The translations under genes and the position numbers were made by a program. Shown here in pieces: positions 1 through 13,450 of a DNA stretch of 64,000 nucleotides. This stretch comes from Chiloscyllium plagiosum (taxonomy: Eukaryota), in NCBI RefSeq assembly GCF_004010195.1, contig NC_057719.1, positions 74,805,358 to 74,869,357 of the forward strand, read 5' to 3'. Within the stretch, counting starts at the first letter, position 1. Every line of letters begins with the position of its first letter. The notes under the pieces are model-generated. The model was not told where the DNA came from, searched no databases, and saw only the letters and a program-made list of their open reading frames with translations.

Positions 1-49
1 TCCTGTCTCTACCCCCCTCCCCCTGACCTCCTGTCTCTACCTCCTGTCT

Positions 50-1780
50 CTAAGCCAGTTTTGGATCCAGATTGCCAAATTGCTTTGGGCTTTTATTTTT
101 TTGACCTGTCTCCTGTGTGTGTGACCCTGTCCTAAGCCATGCTGAAGTTCATGTTGATCACATCAACTACAGGAATCTTATCTACACACCAAGTCATCTC
201 CTCAAAAAAAATTCAGTAACATTTGTTAAACGTGATCTTCCTTGACAAAGCTATGACTTTCCTTGCTAAATCATTGCCTCCTCAAGTGGGGATTAATTCT
301 ATCCCTCCGAATTTTTTTAAACAATCGATTCCCTACCACTGATATTAGACTTACTGATGTGTATTTTCCTGGTTTATCCCTTCAGGCTTCTTGAGTGCTA
401 CCAAATTAGTTGTTCTTCAGTCGTTTGGCACCTCTCCTGCAGCCATTGATGAATGTTAGGGCCCCTCAATCTCCCCCTTGCCTCCCACAGTAACTTGAAA
501 TGCATCTCACCTAGGCCTGATGATTTATTTATAATAAATCTGAGCATTTATTTACTGTTAAGCCTCGTAAAACTGTTGATAATCAATACTAATTTGCTCA
601 AGTATATCACAGTGCAACTCCCTGATTCCTAAACCTGCATTGTCCTTCTCTGTACTGAATACATTTAGAACTGCACCTATTTTTTTCCAGCTTCACACAA
701 ACCGATTGTCACATTTTACAATGTCGCACCCTTGGCTTGTCTGAAGACTGTACACACTACAATATTGAGCTGTCAGTCCTGCCCCCCTCTCAGTCATGTC
801 TCTGTCATAGCAACAATCTAGTAATAACAGCTTTATCAAACCCTGGCCCTCTCCACACACACACAAGGTCTCATTCCAGTTCAGATACAACCTGGCAGAC
901 TTGTACAGGTCCCACTTCCCCAGGAACAGACCCAGTGATCCAGGAGTCTAAGGCCCTCCCTCTTGCACTAACTCTTAAGGCATACATTCTACTGCTCCAT
1001 CCATCTATTCCTGTACTCACTAACACATGATACTGGCAGTAATCCAGAGATTACTGTTTGAGGTTCTTTTTTTTGGATCTACTACCTAGCTCCTTAAATT
1101 CTTGTTGCACAATGTCACCCTTTCTCACAGTTGTTAGTACCAATGTGAACTTTTGATTATCCTAGCCCTGCATCCATTCGGAAAATTCCTTGACTCTTGC
1201 TCCAAGGAAGGCAATACACCATCCTGGAGTTATATCTGAGGCTGCAGAAACGCCTGTGTGTACAGTTCACTATTGAATCTCCTACCACTATTGCTATTGC
1301 TCTCTTTCTCTCCCCTTCTTGCTCCCCGGGGAACTGTCACCATTTTCCAACACTTCAAAACCGATCTTGAGTGAAGTGCACTCTGGCCTTTCCTGACTAC
1401 CTGTCGATCTCCCTTCTTCTGAATGATAGCTACCTATTTCTTCTCTGACTGCACTTGCTTACGCTATGGGGTGACCACGTCTAATAAAACGTGCTGTCCA
1501 CTTGGCTGTCAGACATATGGATACACTGCTGTGCCTCCAGCCTTGCTCAAACCTGCTCAAGCTGGTTAAACCATTGGCACTTTCTGCGGATGTGGTCATC
1601 CATTCTGCCTGGAATGTCCCTGAGACTTTCCACATGCTGTAAGCCATTGCAACATACACGGGACTGAGTTGCCCTGTTGTATCTCCCAATTATAAAGTCT
1701 TTGCCTAAATTTAAGACAAGTAGAAAATTAATTTGGTTTGTTTTTTTTCTAAAAAGAAGCAAGGATTTTTACCTTTGTTT
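50..1780 (-). mobile_element. Highly decayed, internally deleted CR1-type LINE: reverse transcriptase remnants at about 50-530 and ORF1 esterase-like remnants at about 900-1320
   Basis: Minus-strand similarity to the CR1 RT segment (TNLxEFFEE, DFSKAFDKV) also seen at 45721-45966. A GDSIV-like motif is read from the reverse complement of ctattgaatctcctacc near 1271-1287. Confidence 0.55.
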
Positions 1781-3337
1781 AATAAAGCTTTAAAAGTGGA
1801 GACAAAAGGCCTCCATCAGCTCTCTGCTTTGTGCTGACATAGGTCTTTATTCAAATCATAAAATTCCAAAGAGGCAGTGTAACCGAGCTGTAAATTAACA
1901 GTACTAAAATATAGAATTGTGCAATTAATTTCATCACTTCAGTATATAAAATAATTCTTAATTTGCAGGTCACCCCATTTTACAATGTTCTGAATTAAAG
2001 TGTTTTAAGACCTGATTGCTAGTGCTGACCGATCACACCCTTATATTATACAGAATAAATCAATTCTCCCTCTGTAATTTGGCATTCCTTTATCAGTCCT
2101 GTGCAGCTTCCAGCAATGGGGAAAATGTTTAATACAGGTTAAATCTACAAACAGAGGACCCTTTAAACAGCCCACAGATTTGAACAGACTTTTTAAAAAA
2201 AATTTCCAATTCCTCTTTCTGCTTTTGTGAACTTCTGCACCAGTTACTATAAAATATCTTATTGTTAGGAGTCATTTCATGCTTTTTTGAGATGAGGAGG
2301 AGTAGCTGGCTGGGATGCCAAGCAGGTCCAGTTGCCAATGTCTTGCCGTCTGCCCTCTCCTCAGCAATCTGCGCCCTTGCAGCGAGAGGGAGCATGTCAC
2401 GCTGCAGGAGCCCTTGCTGCACTGTGGGGCTCCACTTACCAAAGGAGACTGAATAACTGAGCTCTGGCGGCATTAAGAGGAGCAAATAGACTGTGTGCCT
2501 CTGTGCTTTGATGCTGCAGTGCTGAGCTCTAGTGTGGTACTGTGATGTTGCACAAAAGAAGAACAAGCATTGCATATAGCACTAACTAGCCTTAAATCAT
2601 CAGTGAGGAAGCATCCACACTCTGGTTAGAACTGTCTCTTGAATTATTTACAATACTACTTAAGAAAAGACCAGCTTATTATCAATACAGCATCACCACA
2701 TGCACCATTTATATCTTTAGCATCCAATGTCCTGGAACAGACAATTCTCTGGGATTAGTCGAGCAAATCTCCATTAAATACCTCTCCAATCCCCGTAAGT
2801 AAACCCAAGGCTTGGAGAAATTGTAATACCCAATCTTCAGCCACCAGTCCCCCGCGTTCTTGCACCTTCCAAACTTGGTTCTCACTGAACACTGGGATTT
2901 CCTCAGCCTATAATGGAAGGTATTGGTAATGAAACGAGTCTGTAATTACACGTAATATGCAAAAATGCAGATGGCTATCCATGGCTAACCACATCTAGTA
3001 GATGGCTGGTAGCCAAATGAGTAGAGTTGGGTACAAGGTGAAATGGCAACCATTAAAAGTCTTCCATTTAAAAAATGAGCCCAGAATTACTTTACCTCAA
3101 TTACTTTCAACATTTCCAATTTGAGCCATTATGCGTATTCGGCATCACCAACCTTATTATAACATCCTCTGTTAATGAAATAGCAAATTGTTTATATAAA
3201 ATACACTCTCATCGCTGCACGGTTTCATTTGTGTTTATCAGAATTCATTCTTATAAGCAAAGAGGGTTGGTACAGCTGCTACCTAGCTCAATGTTTTGTG
3301 AGCTTTCTGGGCCATTCAGTGCTCTTGTTGTGTTTAG

Positions 3338-3595
<258 letters not shown>

Positions 3596-4213
3596 TGAAT
3601 CTGGGCAGGAGAAGCATTTCTATTATAAACATTCAAGGATGAGGTTGCCAGTTGACTCCTGGTTTGTGTGTGTGATTCAGTTGTGCAGTGTTTAACCATT
3701 TTATCATGCTGCCCTATTATTTCGATGATTCAGGTCCTCAGTTACTGCATGGTGAATTGATATGCACTCAGGAGCCTGTAATGCAGTATTGTAATTTTAA
3801 TGGGTATTTATACAAGTTTATCCATTTTAATATCCCATCTTCTACTTCCCTGTTACCTGCTAATTTTTTGTCTTGTTTTGATAGTACATGATTGTTAAAT
3901 ATTTGCATGGTTTTTACCCTGAATGATTAGCCTATGTATGAATGTTTTGATGATCATACTTGCAATCCAGTCTTTGGGCCATGAACACATTTCTTGAATA
4001 AAATACCTTTTGTTAATTTTATTGTAATAATTCTAAGACTGCAGGATGTAAAGCTTGACCTCTGGCTATCATCTTGCGTAGAAGAGTTGATAAATAACCA
4101 CAGTTAGAGAGCTTCACTTCCAATCCCATTTCTCACCACGTCATGTCACTTTTAATTTTTTTAAGAAGTGCAATTCCTGAATATGTTCGTTTTTTTTTGT
4201 CCCTACCCCTGGT

Positions 4214-4526
4214 GGGCGGCACGGTTGCACAGTGGTTAGCACTGCTGCCTCACAGCGCCTGAGACCCGGGTTCAATTCCCGCCTCAGGCGACTGACTGTG
4301 TGGAGTTTGCACATTCTCCCCGTGTCTGTGTGGGTTTCCTTCGGGTGCTCCGGTTTCCTCCCACAGTCCAAAGATGTGCAGGTCAGGTGAATTGGCCATA
4401 CTAAATTGCCCGTAGTGTTAGGTAATGGGTAGGTGTAGGGGTGTGGGTGGGTTGCGCTTCGGCGGGTCGGTGTGGACTTGTTGGGCCGAAGGGCCTGTTT
4501 CCACACTGTAATGTAATCTAATCTAA
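4214..4526 (+). mobile_element. HE1-type tRNA-derived SINE, full length and young
   Basis: Pol III A box (ttgcacagtgg) and B box (ggttcaattcc), core tggagtttgcacattctccccgtgtctg, CR1-like 3' end ttgggccgaagggcctgtttcc and (aatct)n tail. Confidence 0.9.
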
Positions 4527-5164
4527 GACAGATCCTGTGTATGATTATAGTGAAACAAGAGTGGGAGACTAGTTTCCTGGTGCATTCTCCATTACAATCC
4601 CTTGACCAATCTGAATTGGCATGTGAAAAGGATGTGGATTTATCAACAAGTTGTAGTCTGTATGACTTGCCACCATTTTCACATGCGGAAAAAATTGATG
4701 TTCCCTTGGAAGTTTAGCATCTATCCTGATGTGTATCAGACAAACAGCTTCAATGGCATGGCTTGCTTTTCAGCAGTACTGCACTGCCAAATTAATGTTT
4801 ATATTTTGCTGTACACCACAATATCCAGATTATTTTATGATTTTGTTCCCCCTGTTCCTTATGCTCCTCCTATTTTGGATCATGGGTACCCATCGAATTC
4901 TGATCTTTCTCATCGCAAATTGCATCCAAATGAGATTCACTCATTGGGAGTGCTTGGAATTGATTTAAGATTTTTCTTCACTCTCTCCGGGACATACCAT
5001 CACCAACAAGGGTGGGATTTATTGCCCATCCCTGGTTGAGTTGGTTCATTAGACAGAAACTATTTCCATTGATTAAAGAATCTAGGATTAGGTGATGCAC
5101 ACTAAAGCCTTCAAGGAGTGTCGCTAAGAAACACGTCTACAAGCAAATAATGATACAGATTTGA

Positions 5165-6878
5165 AACGGAGTTTTGAGAAGATTTGTAGCTCAGGTTGAG
5201 GTTGTGTTTGTAAGTTTGCTGACTGAGCTGGAAGGTTCATTTTCAGACGTTTCACCACCATAACCTGTTTCATAACATCAGTGAGCCTCCGGTGAAGTGC
5301 TGGTGTTATGTCCTGCTTTCTATTTTTTTTAGGTTTCCTTGTGTTGGTGATGTCATTTCCTTTTTTTTTAAGAGGGTGGTAGATGGGATCCAAGTCGATC
5401 TGTTTGTTGATAGAGTTTTGTTTGGAATGCCATGCTTTTAAGAATTCTCGTGTGTGTCTGTTTGGTTCGTCCTAGGATGGATGTGTTGTCACAATCAAAG
5501 TGGTGTCCTACCTCATCTGTATGTGAGGATACTAGTGATAGTGGATCATACCTTTTTGTTGTCTATATATGGTCTTTTAAGTTCATTAGCTGCTGTTTTA
5601 CTATGTTGGTGGGTTTGTGGGCTATCATGATGCCAAGTTGTCTGAGTAGCCTGGCAATCACTTCCGAGATGTCCTTGATTTTAGATTAGATTAGATTCCC
5701 TACAGTGTGGAAACAGGCCCTTCGGCCCAACCAGTCCACACCGACCCTCTGAAGAGGAACCACACACTGTAGCACAGAGGAACTATGAAGAGCAGAGGAA
5801 AATCACCTATATAGCATATTCAAAAAGAATGGGTACCCAATGAACATAATCCACTGATTTCTCAGCAACAAACCCAAACAAGCAGACACAACATGTGTAG
5901 AAAGCCTAGCCACTCTTCTCTGGGGTGAACCACCCAGACCTATTTCCCCTGTGACTAATGCACCTAACACTATGGGCAATTTAGCATAGCCAATTCACAA
6001 CTTTGGACTGTGGGAGGAAACCAGAGCACCGGAGGAAACCCACGCATACAGGGGGAGAATGTGCAAACTCCACACAGAGAGTCGCCCGAGGCTGGAATTG
6101 AACCTGGGACCCTGATGCTGTGAGGCAGCAGTGCTAACCACTGAGCCACTGTGTCACCCCAGAGAAGAGTGGCTAGGCTTTCTACACATGTTGTGTCTGC
6201 TTGTTTGGGTTTGTTGCTGAGAAATCAGTGGATTATGTTCATTGGGTACCCATTCTTTTTGAATATGCTATATAGGTGATTTTCCTCTGCTCTTCATAGT
6301 TCCTCTGTGCTACAGTGTGTGGTGGCACATGGAAATAATGTTCTAATGCAGTTTCATTTATGGGTGTTGGGATGAATTTAAAAGACCATTTACAGACAAC
6401 AAGCAAAACTAATGTCATTTACAAAATACATTGCAAGAACTGTAACAAACACTACATTGGACAAACAGGCAGAAAACTAGCCACCAGGATACATGACATT
6501 AACTAGCCACAAAAAGATTTGACCCACTCTCACTAGTATTCTTGCATATGGATGAGGAAGGATACCATTTTGACTGGGACAACACATCCATCCTCTGACA
6601 AGCCAAACAGCAACACACAAGGATTTCTAGAAGTATGGCATTCCAACTGGAACTCTATCAACAAACCCATTGACTTGGAACCTATCTACCACTCTCGGGG
6701 GGAGCAGGAAATGACATCACTGCCGGAAGTGACATCACCACCCCAAGGAAACCTAAACACATAAAGAGAAAGCAGGACATAATGCCAGCGCTTCATCGAA
6801 GGCTCACTGATGTTACCTAGTATGGTGCCAAAACATCTGAAAACCAACTTTCCAGCTCAGTAAACAAACTTACATTTG
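5165..6878. mobile_element. Penelope-like retroelement remnant in inverted arrangement: minus arm about 5165-5678 and 6161-6378, plus arm about 6379-6878; interrupted by a SINE
   Basis: The plus arm encodes a GIY-YIG endonuclease motif, SKTNVIYKIHCKNCNKHYIGQTGRKLATRIH, from 6402. The two arms are reverse complements of each other and both end in decayed hammerhead motifs (5243-5284 and 6804-6840). Confidence 0.85.
5679..6160 (-). mobile_element. HE1-type SINE inserted in the Penelope-like element and itself interrupted at 5760-5928
   Basis: (tagat)n tail at 5679-5697, ggaaacaggcccttcggccc, core at 6010-6080, and tRNA-derived head ending gccactgtgtcacccc at 6160. Confidence 0.9.
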
Positions 6879-8329
6879 AAACTTTATTTTAAGTAAAATT
6901 GCTCATTTTAAATCAGGCTGGGAAAAAGAATTTGATGAAGTTAGGTCACAGACCAGCCACTATTCAAATGAATGGTGGTGAGGCTCTTTTTTTTTCTCCC
7001 ACAAAGGCTCCTCTAGATATTGTCTTTTGGTTATCAGGGCTACTTTATCAGTTTCATTGTCTCAATTATTAGCTGATGCAGCCACAATGTAACACTGCAT
7101 TCTGGTTGTCACAGAAAAATTGATGCACGTTACTTCTACACACGCAAAGCCATTGCCCTCAACACGCCTTCTAAATTAATTTTAGGTAGGCAGTTATGAC
7201 CGTTTTCACTAGATTTCAGACTGTGATCGCACATTAAAATTTAATAGTTGATAGTGTTCTTTACAATCGCATCCACTGTATCTTTTTTTCTGTTTATAAA
7301 GCTTCTGAACATGCGTAGCCTTATCCTAGAGATTCCACATTTATTTGCAAGTAATTCATCACCTTAGTGGTTTAAAATTTTCCAAGCTTTGCAATGGCTG
7401 TGTATGCCCTTTTTTGGGCAAGTTTGAAACTCTCCTCTTCTGTACTCTCTCTCCCCCCGCAAACCTTGCAGCCTTCCTGACTTTCCAGCCTTTGTAGATG
7501 ACTTGTCTTTCCTCTCCACCACAGTCTCCTTTTTTTTCCCTCCATCAGGCACTTCCCCAGATTCATCTTGAGTTCTAGTTACTCTTCAGAAAAAGGGGCT
7601 GGCTGGTCCTCTTGAACATGAGCAAACCATGTAGTGAAGATGCCCTCACACTTTCATTAGATGGCAAATTCCTGGAGTTAAAATGCGAATGCTTGCAGGT
7701 TGAATTGCAGCCCCAATGTCAACCATTTCTGTTCATGTCAGGATTGATAGGAGCCTTTTAGACACGTACGAGTGTCCCTGAAGTCGGCCATATTGCACTT
7801 TGGTGTTGGTCTTGGATTCATTTATGGGTTTCATTCCTTTTGGAAAAAGTGGGCTTCTGTCTACTTTTTTTGAGATGGAACAGTGAACCTTGCAGGTCAT
7901 TTCTTTGACTTCCTCGTTGGAATCAACCATAGCGAGTCACAAATTTTAAGATTGAAAACTAGGGGAGAATAGGGTAGTTGTTCACAGACATATGAAACAT
8001 GACTAAGCTTCTGCTTATCAAACCTAAATGCAAAAAAGAATTGTTAAATCATTAGTTTTTAGACTTGTGGTGAACCTGATTTTTATACAATAATGTTGAA
8101 AGGTGTCAGATCAGTAATTAATAACAAGTCCATTTTAATATTGAGTGAAGATTATTTTTACCTAGACCTCGCCCAGTGAGTGGCTGAGCTTTTCAGGCAG
8201 AGAAGACCCAGATTCAAACATAGTGGATGTCACCATGGAAAGCAGCAGCCTATTTACATTCTGGTTCCATGGTTTTGATTTGGAGAGAGGCAAGTGAGCC
8301 AGGGTTCCTGCTCTTGACCTCTCTTACTC

Positions 8330-8630
8330 GGGGAGGCGATGGCCTAGTAGTATTATTGCTATTCTGTTAATGCAGACACCCTGATAATGTTCTGGATACC
8401 CAAGCTCAAATCCCACCATGCCAAATAGTGGAACTTTAATTCAATGAAGAGTCTAATGACGACCATTATCGATTATCGGAAAAACCTTAGGGAAAGAAAC
8501 TGCCGTCCTTATCTGATATAGTCCAAATGTGACTGCAGACCCACAGTTTAACTGCCGTCTTAGCAATTAGGGATGGGCAATAAATGCTGGCCTAGCCAAT
8601 GACACCCATATCCTGTGAATTAATTAAAAA
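8330..8630 (+). mobile_element. Second tRNA-derived SINE family with a ggcaataaatgctggcc tail
   Basis: Head gggaggcgatggcctagtag...ctcaaatcccaccatg. Homologous to copies at 40739-41095 (+) and 57262-57495 (-). Confidence 0.7.
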
Positions 8631-9079
8631 CAATAACCACTGAAATCCAAGTCAGTATAAATGTTGGGCAAGGACAGAGTGATAGGTCGTAGGTTAATAA
8701 TCATCACTTTGTCACTCTTCTGGGGTGGAAGCTTACTACAGGAAGAGATCGCGATCTCAGGAGGAACATGAACATGTCGAACTGAGGATATAAGAAAGAT
8801 GTAAGACCCTGAACAGAGCATTCAGCAACACTGATTTGGCAGTGTTATATTTCAGATTGATCATGCCCATCTCATTAAACCTTACTAAAGATTTATTCTC
8901 AGTATGTCTGGCATTTAGGCAACAAACATGGAAGGTCGCCAAGCTGAGAAACTGTTAACTGTCTTAGACTGTTAACTGTCCCTGTGAAATGTGAAGTATG
9001 TTCAAATGGGATATATACTCCTATCCTCCAGTCCCCAGGACATGGCATTTTCGATCCCCACAAAAAAAATAAATCACTG

Positions 9080-9515
9080 GATGAGTTATACACTCAAGAA
9101 ACTTGACTCCATTCAGGACAAAATGGCCTGTATGATTGGCACTTCATCCACCCTCTTCAACATTAACTCCCTCCATGATTAGTGCCCAATAGTAGCACTC
9201 TGTACCATCTACAAGATAAACTTAGTAACTCACCAGAGCTCTGTTGACAGCATCTTCCAAACCCCACAACCTCTACCATCTATAAGGACAAGGCTAGCAG
9301 ATGCATGGGAGTATCTCTCCAAGTTCCCCTCCAAGCTACACACTATCCTGATTTGGAACAAAATCACAGTTTTTTCACTGTCACTGGGTCAAAATCCTAG
9401 AACACCCTTTGTCATAACATTATGAAAGTACCTACAAGACACAGGCTGCGACAGTTCGAGGACAGTTCGCTACCACTTTCTCAGTGGCAATAAATGCTGG
9501 CCCAGCCACTGCCAA
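9080..9515 (+). mobile_element. 3' end of a CR1/L2-group LINE sharing the ggcaataaatgctggcc tail
   Basis: RT C-terminal-like peptide TLKKLDSIQDKMACMIG in ORF 8991-9182; tail at 9486-9502. Confidence 0.6.
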
Positions 9516-10559
9516 TGTAAGACTACAGGAAAAACCTACTGGAGTTCCTCACAATCCCTCACTCCTCCATACAGAAACCGGAATGTGGAAGGAGAATCCA
9601 AATGCATGAGAAAGGAAAAAGTGGCATGGGAGATTTAATCTCAATGCTCTTTCTCAGTCTTCCTTCTCCTTGCTCTCCTCATGGTCTCTTGTGATCTGTT
9701 TCAGCCAGACACTGACACCGACACCAAACAGATTAACTTGTAGGAAGGGCTAAGAGTGTTGGGACAAAGGGAGAAAATGAACAAAATAAACACATTAGCC
9801 CATGAATTGTTTAGAAAATAAAATCTATTGAAAGGAAGGCACAACCACAAGTCTGGTTTTGGTGCTTATTTTAAGTAGAATAGCAGTTAATGTATTTAAG
9901 CTGCTGTTTCTCCCTTTAACAGTCAGAGCTAATCCTTAGTGACCATTGATGACCATATTTTATCTTCAGACCTCTGTATATGCACAAGACTCAATGAGTT
10001 TATTACTGCGGATTAATTTAAATTAATTAATCTAAAAATCCTCCAGGATTAGTGAACAATGCAACCTTTGTTTTATAGAATTCCCCTTTGAAAAAAAGAA
10101 GCATTCAGAAATTATTCTACACAGCTTTCCCTATAAGTGGTAGTCACATGTTATCGAAGTCTTTTCTTAATTTAGCATTAAAGTAACAAGCTAATTAATG
10201 AATGTAGTGCATAATCAGAACAGTGAAGGTCCCGCTGAAGGTGTGGACTGCTTCAATGCTGAATCATAATGTTCTCTCCTTACTAAGTACATAGATGCTG
10301 GAAGACAATCTGTTTTTGCCTTTAGAACACTAAAAACATGGTTCAAACAATGCACTTACCGTTATTTAAGTTCCCACATTGTGACTGTGTGGCTTTAATG
10401 GTACCTTTGCAGTTGCTGATGAGACAATTCTGGATCATCCTGAGAGATGCACCTTGTTCAGATCTCCTCTGTCGTGCAGACTGTGCCAGATTCTGAAACT
10501 ATGTGCCCATGACTTGTTCTTTTCTTAATGCAAATACCAGTCTTTTTTCTTTCAACAAC

Positions 10560-11230
10560 TCATTTGTGAGAGGCTAAGGTCTCTGGCAAGGCCATCATTT
10601 GTTGCTTAGCCATAACTGGCTTTCAAAGGTAGTGGCAATGAGCTGCCACCTTGAACCAACCTAGTGATGATGAAAGAATGGGGATTTAGTTCCAAGTCAG
10701 AACACTGTGACGTGAAGAGGAAATTGCTGATGGTGGTGTTCCCATGCCTCTGCTGCCTTTGTCTGCTGAGTGATAGAAGTTGTAGATTTGAAAGGTGCCA
10801 TCAAAGGAACCTTTGTTGCAGTGCACCTTCTTGATGATACACACTGCTGCCACTGTCAGTGGTGGAGGGAATGATCACTTAAGTTGGTGTGATAGCCAAG
10901 CAGGCTACTTAGACCTGGATGATATCAAGCTTCACAAGTGTTGTTGGAGCTGCACCCAACCAGGCAAGGCAAGGTTGGGGGGGGGAAGTATTCCATCACA
11001 CTCCAACTTGCAGATGTTGGACAAACTGTGGGAAGTCAGGAGGTGAGTTACTCATTGCAGAAAACCAGTCTGACCTGCTTTCATGTACAAAATTTTATAT
11101 GGCTGATCTGGCTCAATTTCTGGCCAATGGTAATCCCCAGGGTATTGGTGATGGTGAGAAATTCAGAATGGTAATGGTGTTGAATGTCAAGGAAAGGTGT
11201 TTCGAGTTGCTGTTTGTGGGGGTGGTGGTC
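10560..11230 (-). mobile_element. Decayed 3' fragment of the same CR1/L2-group LINE family
   Basis: Reverse-complement similarity to 9080-9515 and 34385-35090. Confidence 0.5.
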
Positions 11231-11475
11231 TGGGTACTTGTGAAACTTGCCACTAAGCAGTTATATTTTCAATTCAGAAATTTTAGAGTGAAGGTCCAGG
11301 AGATCTGCTTGACTAGTCTTACATCGACACTGAATTAATTTCCTGGTGTTGGGATCCATTCAGTTTGGAAATTGATTGGATTAAACAAGAGGTGGTGCAG
11401 GATAATGCTGCTAGGTTGATGAACAGGGCACTAACCTTGTTCTGTATCTATAACTGTACTTCATGCTGATTGCAG

Positions 11476-11623
11476 GATATAAACAACGCCTGGGGCTCAC
11501 TGGAGCAGGCCGAGAAGGGTTATGAAGAATGGCTGCTCAATGAAATCAGGAGGTTGGAGAGACTGGACCATCTGGCTGAAAAATTCAGACAGAAAGCAGC
11601 AATCCATGAGGCTTGGAGCACTG
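11476..11623 (+). CDS. ACTN1: ACTN1 coding exon (equivalent to exon 11); 148 nt, phase 0-1
   Basis: ttgcag acceptor and CTG|gtaaat donor. Translates [49 protein letters not shown](G). Confidence 0.97.
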
Positions 11624-12072
11624 GTAAATATTTTACCGCCTGTAGGCACAAGAGATTCACGGGACAAGACAGTGTCTGGATCATTTTGCATCCCTTAGCC
11701 TGCATGGTGCTGAATGTTGGACTGTCTCAATCCATAGCAGCTCAGAGTGGAAGGTGGTTTTATGTTAGTAATTTTTGTTCTTCACATCCCTTGGCCCAAC
11801 ATCCATCCAACAAATGACAAAGTGTTTGGCTTCACTTGATTTGCAGTGGCCGCTCATGGTTATCTTGCTAAATAATGGCTCCCATTAATCCTTTGTCATA
11901 ACATGCCATTGGAGCAGTCAATATATCTTCAATAAACTGCTTCAGTAAACTTCAGTAAACTCAGAGTCTCTACTTATGAAGAGTTTGTGAACTTTCCCAC
12001 ATAGAATCACAGAATCCTCCTCCTTGTGGTCTATGGGAGGCTGTCAGTTTGTCCTGGCAATTATTTGGGGTG

Positions 12073-12279
12073 GAAATGTGTTGCTGGAAAAGCGCAGCAG
12101 GTCAGGCAGCATCCAGGGAACAGGAGAATCGACGTTTCGGGCATAAGCCCTTCCTGAAGAAGGGCTTATGCCCGAAACGTCGATTCTCCTGTTCCCTGGA
12201 TGCTGCCTGACCTGCTGCGCTTTTCCAGCAACACATTTCCAGCTCCGATCTCCAGCATCTGCAGACCTCACTTTATCCT
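12073..12279 (+). mobile_element. Short palindromic non-autonomous element, probably Penelope-derived, with a 15-bp target-site duplication
   Basis: Perfect inverted arms at 12071-12153 and 12159-12241. TSD caattatttggggtg at 12058-12072 and 12280-12294. A second family member lies at 46781-46913. Confidence 0.85.
12152..12183 (+). ncRNA. Minimal type I hammerhead ribozyme-like motif (PLE type); activity unproven
   Basis: CUGAAGA-A-GGGC uuau GCCC-GAAAC-GUC, with the putative cleavage site after C12181. Stem I is only 2 bp. Confidence 0.55.
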
Positions 12280-13406
12280 CAATTATTTGGGGTGCCCTCC
12301 TGAGTATTGTCATAGAGTCACAGGGGTCTACAGCACGGAGAAACGGCCCTTCGGTCCATCGAGTCTACATTCTATATTAGGCACTGCAACTCCTGAAGGA
12401 TAAACTGGCCTTGAAAGAACTGCAGTGTTGATCTGTGAAAGTAAATTAATGCTTTCAGCGCTGGTATTGTACAGAAGCTGTGTTTAGAAAGTTTGCAAGG
12501 GTCTAAATCAGGTGTGAAAGGATTTGAAAGCAAGGGACTCACTTTCTCTAGAGGAAATCAGAATAAAGGGGTACAATCTTTAGATTAGAGCTTGACTATT
12601 CATGGGTGAAATCAAGAAGCAATCCTTCACGCAAGGGATAGTAGGAAAGTTAACTTCTCTCCCTGAGAGAGGCTGAGGGTGTTGGGTAATTCAAGGAGAA
12701 AGATCAAACTAGGGGTGGGTCAGCCTTGATCCAATTGAATGACAGAATAGGCAAAGGGATTGAATGACTTCCCCTTCAACCTGTGTGTAGATTGTGTGCT
12801 CTGGACGTTTGAAGGCTGCACAAGCTTTATTTCATTAGGGCCTTTCATCTGACAGAGGGAGAAAGAAAGAGGTCCTCATCCCTCATAATCCACATTTCAG
12901 GCTGACATCTCTCTGAAGTAATAAGATAGTTCACTCCCACACTGCGTAGCCTAAAGCCTTGCAGAAATAAGTATTCGGAAATGAAGCTATTCTGGAGCAA
13001 TGCATCACTTCCCTCCCCCACCCACATTTAGTCTGTGCTACCAGACGTGTTTGCGGCACAGTTACAAACATATCAAGCTCATAGCAAAAATAAACCTGTT
13101 ATTCTGCTGAAGTCTTACATAATGTGCTTGTTTAGAAATCACTTCAATATTGATTTGCAGATCTGTGTTAAACAGGGCTCCAACCCAGCCAATTTTGGTG
13201 CAGTTTTATAGCCCAACACAGTGGTGCCTTGTGGTTTTTACAGATTGAATCAATCAACTTGAAAAAATTCCAAGGTGATTACAATCCACCCATCTATTCT
13301 CCACCGCATTAATGGATACAGTTGTATTCACTTTGTAATGCGTCAGGAGTCATTTGTGTTCAATTAGTTAACTCTGGGCAGTTGGGTTGGCCCAGACTTC
13401 CCCACA

Positions 13407-13410
<4 letters not shown>

Positions 13411-13447
<37 letters not shown>
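13411..13447. repeat. (TC)18 microsatellite
   Basis: Perfect dinucleotide run. Confidence 0.97.

Positions 13448-13450
<3 letters not shown>

Noticed and set aside
12071..12241. miRNA precursor call for the long hairpin
   Set aside because: A perfect 83-bp stem with a TSD and a second genomic copy indicates a mobile element; there is no expression evidence.
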